DNA of 64,000 nt from Podarcis filfolensis (lineage: Eukaryota). Where the stretch lies: the NCBI GenBank assembly GCA_964270895.1, contig OZ185436.1. One strand, 5' to 3'. Shown here piece by piece: positions 26,901 to 37,922 of this stretch; position 1 is the first letter of the stretch; the number at the start of each line of letters is the position of its first letter. A program made the position numbers and the translations under genes. The notes under the pieces were generated by a model. That model ran no database searches and was not told the DNA's origin. It was given only the letters and a program-made list of their open reading frames with translations.

Positions 26901-27849
26901 TGTCCCGGTGAGGTGCAGAGACACCAGTCTGGGAAAGGAAACTTTGAGGCAATGCCTCATTCCACCAGCCACTCCTGACCTTTGGAAAGGCTATGGTTGC
27001 AAGGCAGAATTACATAGCCAGAGCTCTGTAAGTAGTAGACAGAAACATTTTAAAACAGATTCTGATTGTCAAGCTACTATAGATTGACTAGCTGCGGAAA
27101 CAGATCCACTATTGTTACGGAGAATCCAGGCTAGGGATTGGATTGCACCAGCTCGTGAGGGGATGGGTGGCATCGACTGAATTAAGCAAAACATAATGAG
27201 CAGAGGAGCAGAAATTGGGGGTGGGGTGGGGGAGAGAGAAATACAATCTGGGAAAGTGTTTGAGGATGTGGGAAGGTGTACAATGCCAGATATAAATCAG
27301 AATTGACTAAATTCTGTTTGCAAAGTTGGATCAGCCCAAGTGTGGGAGAGTAGAGAGAAGGATGGGAGTTCCTCTGGGACACAAGCAAAGCTGGCTCAGG
27401 CCTAGGCAGCTTTCTCTGGCTTTCATAAGCAAATTTCTTTGGAAATGCTCATAAAACATAGCAGAGTCCCCTTGGGTAGCTTTGGCAGAGCAGCGGAGGA
27501 AGGAGGGGATGTTGATCCTGCACAGAACAATTTCACACAGCTGAAGAGAAAGAGAAACAGGAAAAAAGGAAAGTGGATAAACACAACGGCAGAAAGAGGA
27601 TCAGGACTGCTTCCAAGGCCACAGGAGCGCCATGAAAACACACTACATACATTCCAATAAAGCAAGGAAGCAGCACGAAACAACGGGAATGACTGGGGTG
27701 CCGTTTCACCAAAGGAGCTGTGTGATGGGAGGGGAAGACCCAGAATGGACACCTTTTGTGCAGAGAGGGTTGTAAGCATTCCAAGGTAAAAACATGCTCC
27801 TATCCCAAGTCGAGCAGAAAGACAAGCAAGCAGGTACTGGCAAACAAGC

Positions 27850-28032
27850 TACTGGATCTGCTTGGGTGCAATCCCAGAGTTGCTTTTCCCGTTACTGGAA
27901 AGCAACTCTGGGATTGCACCCAAGCAGATCCAGTACCGGCAGCTGCAGGAGCCAATGCAGCTGAGCACTGGCTCCTGTAGCTGCCGGTACTGGATCTGCT
28001 TGGGAAAGCAACTCTGGGATTGCACCCAAGCA
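27850..28032. repeat. Compound overlapping inverted repeats
   Basis: Perfect 37-bp IR (27850-27886 / 27899-27935), 38/40-bp IR (27919-27958 / 27965-28004), and a 28-bp direct repeat (27899-27926 = 28005-28032). Confidence 0.95.
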
Positions 28033-28164
28033 AGGGTAACATGTGATCTCCTCTCAGATACATGCACAGTTGAGGCCAAACATGCATAAGAGGCAAACAG
28101 GGAATTTCTGCTGCGTTTCCCCAAAGCAGCCTTCTCAAAAGATAACTATATTCCAAAGACTCAC

Positions 28165-28365
28165 CGAAGTGTTTTGGCACTGGATGCTGGTGCTGTTAAA
28201 GCGCAGGGCAGTAACACGCTGGGATGTGCCAGGGATATGGAAGATGCACTCGTAATTGCGCTGTCCAGACTGTGGCTGTGGCAGGTTTTTGGCAGTCAAA
28301 GTGATGGGCTTCACCACACCCACAGGGATATATATCTGGGTAGATGGAAGGATCTGTGGGCAGTC
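28165..28365 (-). CDS. PLXNA1: Plexin-A1 coding exon (IPT2 domain): [67 protein letters not shown]
   Basis: 201 nt (67 codons), acceptor ctctctcgcag|GAC, donor TCG|gtgagt, phase 0/0. Lies within ORF-track entry 28135..28434. The [22 protein letters not shown] motif is typical of PLXNA1. Confidence 0.97.
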
Positions 28366-29325
28366 CTGCGAGAGAGGTGGAGGAAAAACAGTCAGCATTA
28401 AGATCTTCAAATTCAGATTGTCATGATTAGCCACAGATCATAGTCTCAAGCAGCACACAGCACAAAGACTTTACCCCACACATAAGAGTTCTACAAGAAT
28501 AAATTGAGCTCTCATAAAATATGCTCCTCAACCAGGTGATAAGAATTGGCTAAAAGCTGACCTCCAATCATATATTCTCAATACAAGCTTCTTGCTCCCA
28601 TCAATCCACCTTAGCTAATGAGTCTTCCAGTTGATTGCCCTCAGATTCTGATGTTCTAAAATCTCTGTCAATTTATCTCCTCTTCATGGCTCTATCTACC
28701 TTGCCAAAGGGAACTCATGTACAGTACTAGACTATTACCTGCCCAATTTCCTCAAGCCCTTTCATAGTTCCAAACCATGGTAAGTGCTATGTTACAAGTG
28801 ATCTGTCACTCACGTTTCTCCAGTCTACGCAAACATTATATTCAGACCTCCCAATAGATGTAAACAGTTCATACGCTATTATGGCTGTGTTCAGATGAAC
28901 TCAAGTAAACACTAGGTATTTCTGAAGAGGTTATTCACAAAAGCCTTTCGTACTTCTGTACTGTTATTTCAGAGTCTGCATTCAGAGCATACCCAAGCAG
29001 CTACATAATTCACGTATAAAAAATAATAATACAGATCATAAAACAGATTAAAGCATAAAGTCCTGCCTTAAGTGAATGAAGAAGTTAGTGGAGATTGCAG
29101 TATTGGTATACACCCAGTCATAATGTCATTGGGCAGGTGTGGACACAGACCCCATCAACAGGACCACCTGAGCCTATAGTGACAATGTTGAGTGTGGGGT
29201 CTAAAGAAGGTTTCTGGGTGTTCTCAACCAAACATACACAGAAACTCTCTTCAAACGTCTGCACTAAATGCACGAAGGTCAAAAGAAGAGCCAATGCACC
29301 CTAGCGCACTGGGAGTGATGCTAAC

Positions 29326-29454
29326 ATGGCTCAGGACCACAATACCTGAAGGATTGCCTCTCTTCGTATGAACCTTTCCATACCCAATTGAAACCCTTCT
29401 TTGTGGGCCTCCTCCACAAGAGGTTGAGGGCGGCAGCACAAGAATGATCCTTTT
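29326..29454 (+). mobile_element. L2/CR1-group LINE 3' region, left part (interrupted by the ATP23 retrocopy)
   Basis: ggctcaggaccacaatacctgaaggattgcctctcttcgtatgaacc reads GPQYLKDCLSSYEP, like the C-terminal end of squamate L2 ORF2. It continues at 30555. Confidence 0.75.
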
Positions 29455-30554
29455 GATCACTACGGTGAGTGACCTACGGTGGCTGGCGAGGCCTCCCAAG
29501 CCATGCTGTTTCTGACGTGCTTGAATGGCTGAAGGAGGCTCCTCTGAGATGCCTCCTCCGGAGCAGCCACAGGATCAGGGGAGCCGCGGCTCCAGCGGAG
29601 AGTGGGACGATGACTTCGGGTATGACCTGTTTCCCGAGAGGAGCCGCGGAGGCGGGAAACAGCAGCAGTCCATGCTCTATAAGGCCATCTTCACCAGGAA
29701 CCACAGGTGCCAGCTGATGCTGCAGATTGCCCTGGAAAGCATATGCTAAACTGCTACTTGATGCTATGAAGAATACTGGCTGCACTGTTTTCAAAGATCA
29801 ACACTTCTCATGTGAAGAGTGTAATGGGTGTGCCAGTGGAGGATTCGATTCTTCAACATCACAGATTGTTCTGTGCCAAAACAATATTCATCACCAGTCT
29901 CATATGAACAGAGTGGTTGCACATGAGCTTCTCCATGCTTTTGACCACTGCCGTGCACATGTGGACTGGTTCAATAATATCAGGCATTTAGCTTGCTTGG
30001 AGATTCAAGCTGTTAATCTTAGTGGTGATTGCTCCCTCCTAAATGAAATAACCCGGTTTAAATTTGGATTGAAGCAGCATCAGCAGACCTGCGTAAAAGA
30101 GAGCTGTTTGCTTCATCTTGGCTGTTCGGAACATCAGCAAAGAGATGGACGAGAAAGCTGTGGATGAAGTCTTTGAATCGTGTTTCAATGATCATGAGCC
30201 GTTTGACAGAGTGCCTCACAGCAGATCAGATGCAAAATATGCACATAGAGATTTCCAAAACCGTGACCGGTACTATGCAAAATTTTAGCCAAAAACTGTT
30301 CATTTCTAGCTACAACATTTGGGGACAATTTTCAAAAGATTAATTGTGAAGATAACTGGAAGTCCACAAACAACAAAGAATATTCATGTTTCCTGTTCTG
30401 TGTTTTGTTTGGTGTACAAATTGGTCTAGCAGTCAAACCCCCCCCCCCAATGTACACATAAAAGTTTATGTGAGTATTCTACTGGAAATTAATTTTGCAA
30501 ATGCTTTGGTTCTCATCCCTGGTTTAATAAATGCTGTTTTGTTAAAAAAAAAAA
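29455..30554 (+). pseudogene. ATP23: Processed retrocopy of ATP23 (mitochondrial inner-membrane metalloprotease, XRCC6BP1/KUB3)
   Basis: Intronless ATP23 reading from ATG 29525 to TAG 30286-30288, including [55 protein letters not shown] and [16 protein letters not shown]. Frameshifts near 29741 and 30099. AATAAA at 30526-30531 and an A13 run at 30544-30556. 15-bp TSD aagaatgatcctttt (29440-29454) / aagaatgctcctttt (30555-30569). Confidence 0.95.
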
Positions 30555-30880
30555 AAGAATGCTCCTTTTCTGCAGTGGCTCCCCATTTGTCAAATGTTCT
30601 CCCCAGGGAGCTTCAGCTGGCTCCTTCATTATACACTTTTAGGTGCCAGGTGAAAAGGTTCCTCTTCAACCAGGCCTTGGGCTGATTAACATCTGATGCC
30701 CTTTTAAATATGCTGTGGGGGGGATTCTTGGTTTGTTTTTATATTGTTTTTATATTGGTGTGTTTTTTATATTGTATTTTTATTTTGTGAACCACCCTGA
30801 GATCTACAAATGGAGGGTGGTATACAATTATTACTACTACTACTACTACTAATACTACTACTACCACCACCACTACTATT
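30555..30880 (+). mobile_element. L2/CR1-group LINE 3' end, right part, with T-rich 3' UTR and (TAC)n tail
   Basis: ...FSAVAPHLSNVLPRELQLAPSLYTFRCQVKRFLFNQALG* (end of ORF 30386..30685), then gtgaaccaccctgagatc...gggtggtatacaat and a (TAC)n microsatellite at about 30832-30879. Confidence 0.8.
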
Positions 30881-32452
30881 ACCTTTATCCCCATGTTAAG
30901 TCCTCATGCCATTACAGATAGAGGGGAAAGGGTGTTTTGTCAGGTGAGATGGTAGCACTTCAGCAGTGAAATTCCCTTCCCCTTGTAGTGTGATTGGCAT
31001 CATTGTTGCTTATTTTTCAGAACCAGGTAAAAAAAGTATATGTTCACTCAAGCCTTTGTTGGGGATTGAATCAATTTTCCAGCTGTAAAGGGGTTGCTTT
31101 CTGCATTGCTGCATGATGCTTTCATTTGATGCTTTCCCTGTTTTATGCGATTTTACTGTTTTGTGAAATTAATGGATATCCTTACTTTATTCTGTGACCT
31201 GCCCTGACATCAGCACTTGACGAAGGGGGGAGGGACACAAACTGAAATAATAAATAAGTAAACAAACCCAAGCTGCAGAGCACCAAGCTGGCACATGAAG
31301 CCTTGCAAACCAAATGATAGCTCTGACTGCAGCTCTCTCAGCATGCCTGACCTAGAAAACTGGCCCTATCCTAGTGCAAAGAAATCACCTCCAGGATTTC
31401 AATGAAGCCAATAATCAATCATGATGAACTTCTCAGAGCAGCATCCAGCCCTGCTAACCGTATTCACTAGTATCTCCCATGCTCCTTTATCTGCAAGGTC
31501 CCCACTAATCACTGGCAACCAATCGCTGCATCAGCCCCATCTCTGGAGGCAAAGGGGCATGCATGATGGAAAGGTTGCAGCTGCACCTGACAGAGACTGG
31601 GTTTATTTGCTGACCCAGCCAAGAGCTCAGCTAGCACCTGAGTCATGGCATAACCTTCGCAGTCTCCTTCAGTGAGTGGCTGTTCAGCACCCCAGCAAAG
31701 CAGACACATAAAACTCTGTACAGCATCCCTTGCTGCTCTCAAGAGGACAACTCTGACCTCCCCAAAGCCAGGTTGCAGAGCACAGGGAGAGAATAAAAAT
31801 AAACAGGACCAGGCAAGAAAACAGCCCTGCATCCCAGGAGGGTACCACTTTGGCAACAATAGCCTGATGCAATCCCCAGGCGAGTCAAACTGGGCCTGGG
31901 GGAAAAAGGCATCCCTGCTTTAAATAATAGGGAAAGGGTGGAGAATAACATGTTTTGAAGCAAACAGTGGTAGGATCAGAAACTTTGCTCAGGAGCCTGC
32001 AAACACATTCACCAGAGACTCCAACAGGGGGCAGACCAGCTCCTTCCCCCAGCCCAACTCACCAGCACCAATTCCAGTAAGCAAACTTGTAACAGAGGCA
32101 GGAACAGCAGAAGTGGGTGTGTCTATTCCAGGAACAGTTTCCAACTACACAAAAACAGGACACCTCAAAGTTCTTTATGGGAGCTCATTAACCCTTGAAC
32201 AATACTTGCTTTGCTCGCTGGATTAAACCACAAACTCAAAGCAGTACAGGAGACACATACCCACACCCTGAGGTTTCAAGTTCTCTTGGGTTTTTGAGGT
32301 TCTAAGAAGGTGAGTTGCACTAATTCCCCCCCCCCAAAGATTCCATGATTTCACTGACATACAGGAAATAAAACTCTTTTTCCTCCTTGGGAATCAAATC
32401 CACTAATTCTGGGGCGTCCTGGGCAAACAGATTAGGTGCACATGCCTAAATA

Positions 32453-32799
32453 AAGGGACCCCTGACCATTAGGTCCAGTCGTGACTGACTCTGGAGTTAC
32501 GGCGCTCATCTCGCTTTATTGGCCGAGGGAGCCGGCATACAGCTTCTGGGTCATGTGGCCAGCATGACTAAGCCGCTTCTGGCAAACCAGAGCAGCGCAC
32601 GGAAATGCCGTTTACTTTCCCGCCGGAGCAGTACCTATTGATCTACTTGCACTTTGAGGTGCTTCCGAACTGCTAGGTTGGCAGGAGCAGGAACCGAGCA
32701 ACGGGAGCTCACCCCGTCGCAGGGATTCGAACCGCCGACCTTCTGATCGGCAAGTCCTAGGCTCTGTGGTTTAACCCACAGCGCCACCCGCGTCCCTCT
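32453..32799 (-). mobile_element. Sauria SINE, full length and young
   Basis: The minus strand starts GGGACGCGGGTGGCGCTGTGGG with a tRNA-like A box (32776-32786) and B box GGTTCGAATCC (32723-32733), and ends ...GGACCTAATGGTCAGGGGTCCCTTTA. Perfect 13-bp TSD acatgcctaaata (32440-32452 / 32800-32812). CpGs are largely intact. Confidence 0.93.
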
Positions 32800-33797
32800 A
32801 CATGCCTAAATACTATAGCCCAAAACACAGAGTGCCTGAAAGGACACACCCAGCATGCGGATACAAAACGTGGGTGCACAGCAAATGGAGGACATGAGCT
32901 AAGAGCCTCTCTCCCAAAACATGCACACATTTTGCTGACTGGCTTTTTGAGACAGACCCTGCTCAATCCTGCTACGTCACATGTTTGGCGTCTACAGGGA
33001 GCCATGTGTCATCCAGCAACAATTTTGCCCCGCTCAAAAACAGGAAACACCTGGTGCTAAGGAGCCTTTCCTAAAGAGTCTCATGGCTCCGCACTCGTGA
33101 TGCTGGGCTGGGAGCTACACAGCAGAAATGGCTCTGACACTGGCCAGGCCTTTCCCAGCTGTTCCCTCTTCCGGAGCAGCCAATTCCAAGGACTAATGAG
33201 AACGCTCCCTTACCCATACTCCACACGTCTGTCATCTCCTTAGCCAGGTCTGCATATTTTCAGCATGTACGTTCATGGATACTGCAAGCAACGGAATTTG
33301 GAACTAATTCTGAGCGCACAGGATGCCAGTCTCCAGTTCGAAAAGCAAGCTGTCAGGCCATATTATTTCAGAGATAAATAGGAAAGCCTCTACATCACAT
33401 CTGCTGAGGTCTCTTCTCGGATGTCCCTCATTTTAAAGGACATCCCTGATTTAGCAAAATTGCACCTGTGTGAAACAGCTGAGAAGATGGGAGGGCTCCG
33501 CTCTGTGCAAAAAACTAACGCACAACTTTTGGGGTCTGTGGTTAACAGATCTCTGAGTGAACAGGAGTTTGCAAGAGAAGAACATTTTTAAAAAGTGAAA
33601 AGTGGGGTGTCCTTTTAGGGGATCATGGAAAGGTATCCTTAGGAATCGGAGTTCTCTACCCATGCTCACCATCCCCTGTCTTTCCCTTATTGCTAAATAA
33701 TGCCAAACAACTCTTACATTTCTTGTCCACAATCAAAACCCTTGCCAAAATTTCTGTAAGTGAAAACATGCGAATGAGCTCAGTTAACTTGCATAAT

Positions 33798-34036
33798 AGG
33801 CTTCTGAATACTAATATTTACTCAGAGTAGACCTAACAGACCTAAGTTAGTAATGGCTATTAATGGGCCTATTTTGAGTAAATGTTAGTTAAGCACAACC
33901 CATGAAATCGATTATTCCAAAATTGTGATTGAATGATAGGAACTTTCAGGCTGCAATCTTATGAAAATTTACAAGGGAGTCAGCCCCAGTGAACCAATAA
34001 GAGGCTTGCCTCAGATACATGCATAGGATTGTGCTC
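33798..34036. repeat. Adjacent palindromic MITEs: family B (33798-33901) and family C aggctgcaatc..ggattgtgct (33948-34036)
   Basis: ctaatatttactcagagtagacc is inverted with ggcctattttgagtaaatgttag, and ggctgcaatc is inverted with ggattgtgct. Confidence 0.6.
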
Positions 34037-37000
34037 TCCACTGCTCACCTATGGGGGGAACCAGGGTAAAGGAGAGCTGAACAGACTCAGTGGTGAAATT
34101 CTCCACAGTAAGCATCTGCCTTCAAAGCACGTGCTCATCTATTCAACATCAAACACTCCCCCACCCTACCTTCAACCTCCTCAAATCATGCTTTTAATTA
34201 GCAGATCATTTTGCTATAATAGCCAATCACATTCTGTTGTCATGCAAAAGTCTTAATTTTTTTAAAAAATTGAAATTCGGGAAATTCAGTACTGAACAGC
34301 AATTATTTTAAAAAATGAAGAATCTGTGGAATTAGGAAATGAAGAAGAACATTCCTGGATGACTTCACATGAGCATGTTTTAACTTTCCCACAGGCAGCA
34401 AGAAAAACCTTCCACGTACTGCTGCTTGCTATCTGTTTTTGTTCCCAGCAGAAATTTGAGAGACAATGAATGAGAAACTATTAAAAAAAGGGTTAAGAGC
34501 CTGTGTGGGCGCTGCACTAAAGGATTTTTCCATTACACCTCTCTGGCCAAAACCCACAAGACACAGACAAGCTTGCAATTTAGCCAGACCAAGGCTTGCC
34601 TAAAATAGCTCCAAGGATTAATCTAACATGCATAAACGAATAGTAGGATGCAAAGGGTAGGATGCATCTCTGGCCCCAGCCCATCCCAAAACGTAAGCAA
34701 GAGGCACTGAAAAGGGGAGTGTGTTGGCATCCTCACCACATTCAGAGGTCCCTCTTTAACCACTTCTCTTTGGAAGCCACATGAAACAAGCTGAGTAAAA
34801 GCCAAGGCCTGTTTGTTCCACCCAGAGCAGTGGGCCAATAAGAACATCAAGTCCAATGGCATTTTGTCTGTTCTGCTTCCCTCCAGAACCAAGAACCGCA
34901 GAGGCAGTATCCAAAGAGGAAGGAAGCAGGTTCAGAGGAGGCTTCTCCAAACATCATGCAACTGGCTGAGGAGGAATAAAAATTTAACACAATGTGATGA
35001 AAATCTTCAGCTGCAGATTGCTGCATATCACACCTCCGTTAAAGACAATGGAGGTGATCAGGCTGTTACTCCCACCCCGCTGCCCATTGGGCAAGTTCAA
35101 CTGAGCATGAGTAGATATAAGGTGTTCACAGCTTAAAAGGCAGCTAAGTTGTGCTTTTTCTCAATTTGGATCAGAGTTGTTTTAGGGGGAGACACATCAA
35201 AATGCAGTATTTTTCAAGAAAAAACAGGACAGACGCAGGATAGGTGTGTGTGAACACTGCTTCCCCAACCAGCAGTGGGAGCACACTGGATGCAGAGTAA
35301 ATGGGAATGTGCATACAGCCACAGTCATGCACTGATCACTGCTTCAGCTACATAAGGTTTAGAATTACATCTGCCAAGGTTGCTTGCTTGCTATTTCTTC
35401 CCTGTGTTGAGTCTTCCTGAAAGACTTGGGCCATACATGCTGCCCCAGCTTAGAAGAAAAAGAATTCAATCACTATATATGTTCTTCCAAGCTAGGTTAC
35501 ACCTGCTTGTTTTTGCATGCCACTATACCATTCACCTCTCTATATATCTATATATCCCAACACTTCTTCTTTTGTATGCCTGTACCCTGTGGATTTAGAG
35601 TTTACCAAGGCTACGGCCCCGTTCCCCATTCCCTGAAGGTACAGGAGCAAGGATTTGGCTTTTTCTTTTCTTTTTTAGGGGAAGGATGCCCCCAACAGCT
35701 CTTACAAACTGCTTAAAAAATGTGGCACTATGCCACTCCTGCTAGCTGTGACTCCCCTTGCTGTTTCAGGTACTCCGCATCTAGCAGCCAATAAATATGA
35801 ACGCTCATCAACATGGGCAGAGTAAAAGAAACATAAATGCTTAATGGCATTTTCTTTTTTAAAAATGCCATTCAAGGCTAAGGGCTTTTCAAAGTCTACC
35901 GCTCTCTTTTGTTTCACAGCCTTTTGGTCTCACAGTTTACAAACATACTGATGAGTGTCTGCTTGTTTCTCAAGCTTACTCCTTCAGCTCTTGGGGGTAC
36001 AAAGGGATGCCCCGCTTGTCTTGCTCATCCATTTCTTCCCAGGTCAACAGGATCAGGCTCACCAGCAACAGCTTCTGCCTTTAATAACAGTTGACAGAGT
36101 TTGACCCGTCGTAAATAAGATAAATCCCTCTTTCCTCCCACGTAAGCAGCCCTTGCAAAAGAAACTGTGCTGCTGGTGGCTGGGTGCTGGATGAGTAACT
36201 GCCAATCTCCCATGGTTCCTTTTCCTGGAGGGCCCAAACTCCCAGAGATGATAAAGGGTGGGGTGGAGGGGAATTAATTGTTCGTTGCTGGAAGCTCGAA
36301 CTCTTCGATGTGGAGCCCGACACTCATCAGCCTGGAGGGGCTGCGAGACAGGAGTCACAGTGGGAAATGACACAGGGAGAGAAGGAAGTGAAAAATACAG
36401 CTGAGGGCACCTCCGCTATGCCAGCACTCACAGCAAAAGATTAGAGCGGGATTCATCTAATGCAACACGGGAGCTGTCAAGCTGGCTGTAGCGCAGCACA
36501 GCACAAAAGGCCTTGTCTAGAGTAATCCATGAAAGCAGAGGACCTAAAACAAACAAGTGCTAGGAGCTAATATGAGGCAGAGCCCAAAGGACATGACTGC
36601 TTCGTACTCAAAGCCAGAGGGGAATATGTGTTAGTCATGAGAATGCAGAATGGCTGGAAAGGTTTAAAATGAGATTAAAAAGCGCATAGGAGTTTAGGGC
36701 AGACTGAAGGAGGAGGTCTGAGGAGAAAGATGAGAGATGCAGCTGCTGATACACACACCTTTTTAAAAAATGACATAGAAGGACTCAAACCTCACTGGCA
36801 GAACTGTGAGGTTCTGCTGCCGTGAGGGGGAAAGAGTTCTGCACGTGTTCAGAGGTGCTCTTTTTATGACTGCTGGCACTCCAAGAAGGGTCTGTGGCTA
36901 AGCGTTGATGAGTCCAGACTCAAACTTCTCAGAGAAAGGAAAGATGAGTACCTATGAAAAGGTGGGAATTGGCATTTATGGACCCAAAATAACTTAAATG

Positions 37001-37436
37001 TTTTAGCTTATCCTTGAAGGTGCTCAGCTTATAAAAAATAAGAGTTAAGGTTAAGAACTATAGTATTTCTATATGACAAAAAGTAATTTTCTTTTTAAGT
37101 AGAACTATCAGGCACTGAAGAAGATTCTGTTGAAATGTCTTTAGCCAAATGGCTATTGAGGAGCATTCATTTCTATAGGTACTAATGGGCATTTGGCCTT
37201 CATAAGAGTACTGTTTTAAGATTTCTTTAGGGGTCATAACCTCCCCCCCCCATCTCCTTTAAATACAACAGGACAGCTGGGAAATGCTTACAAATGAGGG
37301 AAGGGCTGTTGTGCTAGCATAATGTATTCTGTAAGCCCAGAGAAAAGGGAAAGGGGGTACTTTTAGGCAGCCAGTGAAACGTGCAAAGTTACTAGAATGC
37401 AACCTTTCTCCATTTCATTCTGGTCAAGATGTTAGA

Positions 37437-37570
37437 TCCACTGTGGAGAAACTGTGGCCTTCCATACGTGGTTTGATTACAAGCTGCCATCATCCCTGGC
37501 CATGTTGGCTGCGGTTGATGGGGGTTGGGAGTCCAGCCATTTCTGGAGGGCCATGGGTTTCCCATCTCTG
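37437..37570. repeat. Palindromic MITE family A copy
   Basis: actgtggccttcca ... ctggagggccatgggtttcccatctctg, with imperfect terminal and internal inverted repeats. Confidence 0.65.
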
Positions 37571-37866
37571 TGCTGAATTGTGAAGTTTTGCTTACTGGGA
37601 AGAGAAGAGGTGTTTCCTTTGCTTGAATTGCCAAGTGTGTCACCTAGCTGAAACCAGGCAATTAGCCCTATAAAAGGCCTGTTGGGCATATCTTGCACTG
37701 CATACAAGAGGGTCAGAAAAGGAAATAGTGTGCGTGAGAAATTTCTTTGTCACTTAGTGGGATCAACAAGATCCATTTTAAAAAAACTCTCACTTTATAA
37801 ACTGTGGGTTATAAACCTCCAACCTGCAGGTTAAACCTGGTCCTCAGAAGTCTCTCACTGGTCCTG

Positions 37867-37869
<3 letters not shown>

Positions 37870-37917
<48 letters not shown>
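37870..37917. repeat. (CA)n microsatellite
   Basis: Direct observation. Confidence 0.98.

Positions 37918-37922
<5 letters not shown>

Noticed and set aside
31683-31703. REST/NRSF left half-site TTCAGCACC (a similar one at about 44693)
   Set aside because: The GGACAG right half is absent, so it is not a canonical RE1.
32720-32799. tRNA-like A and B boxes
   Set aside because: These are the head of the Sauria SINE, not a tRNA gene. I saw no complete cloverleaf.
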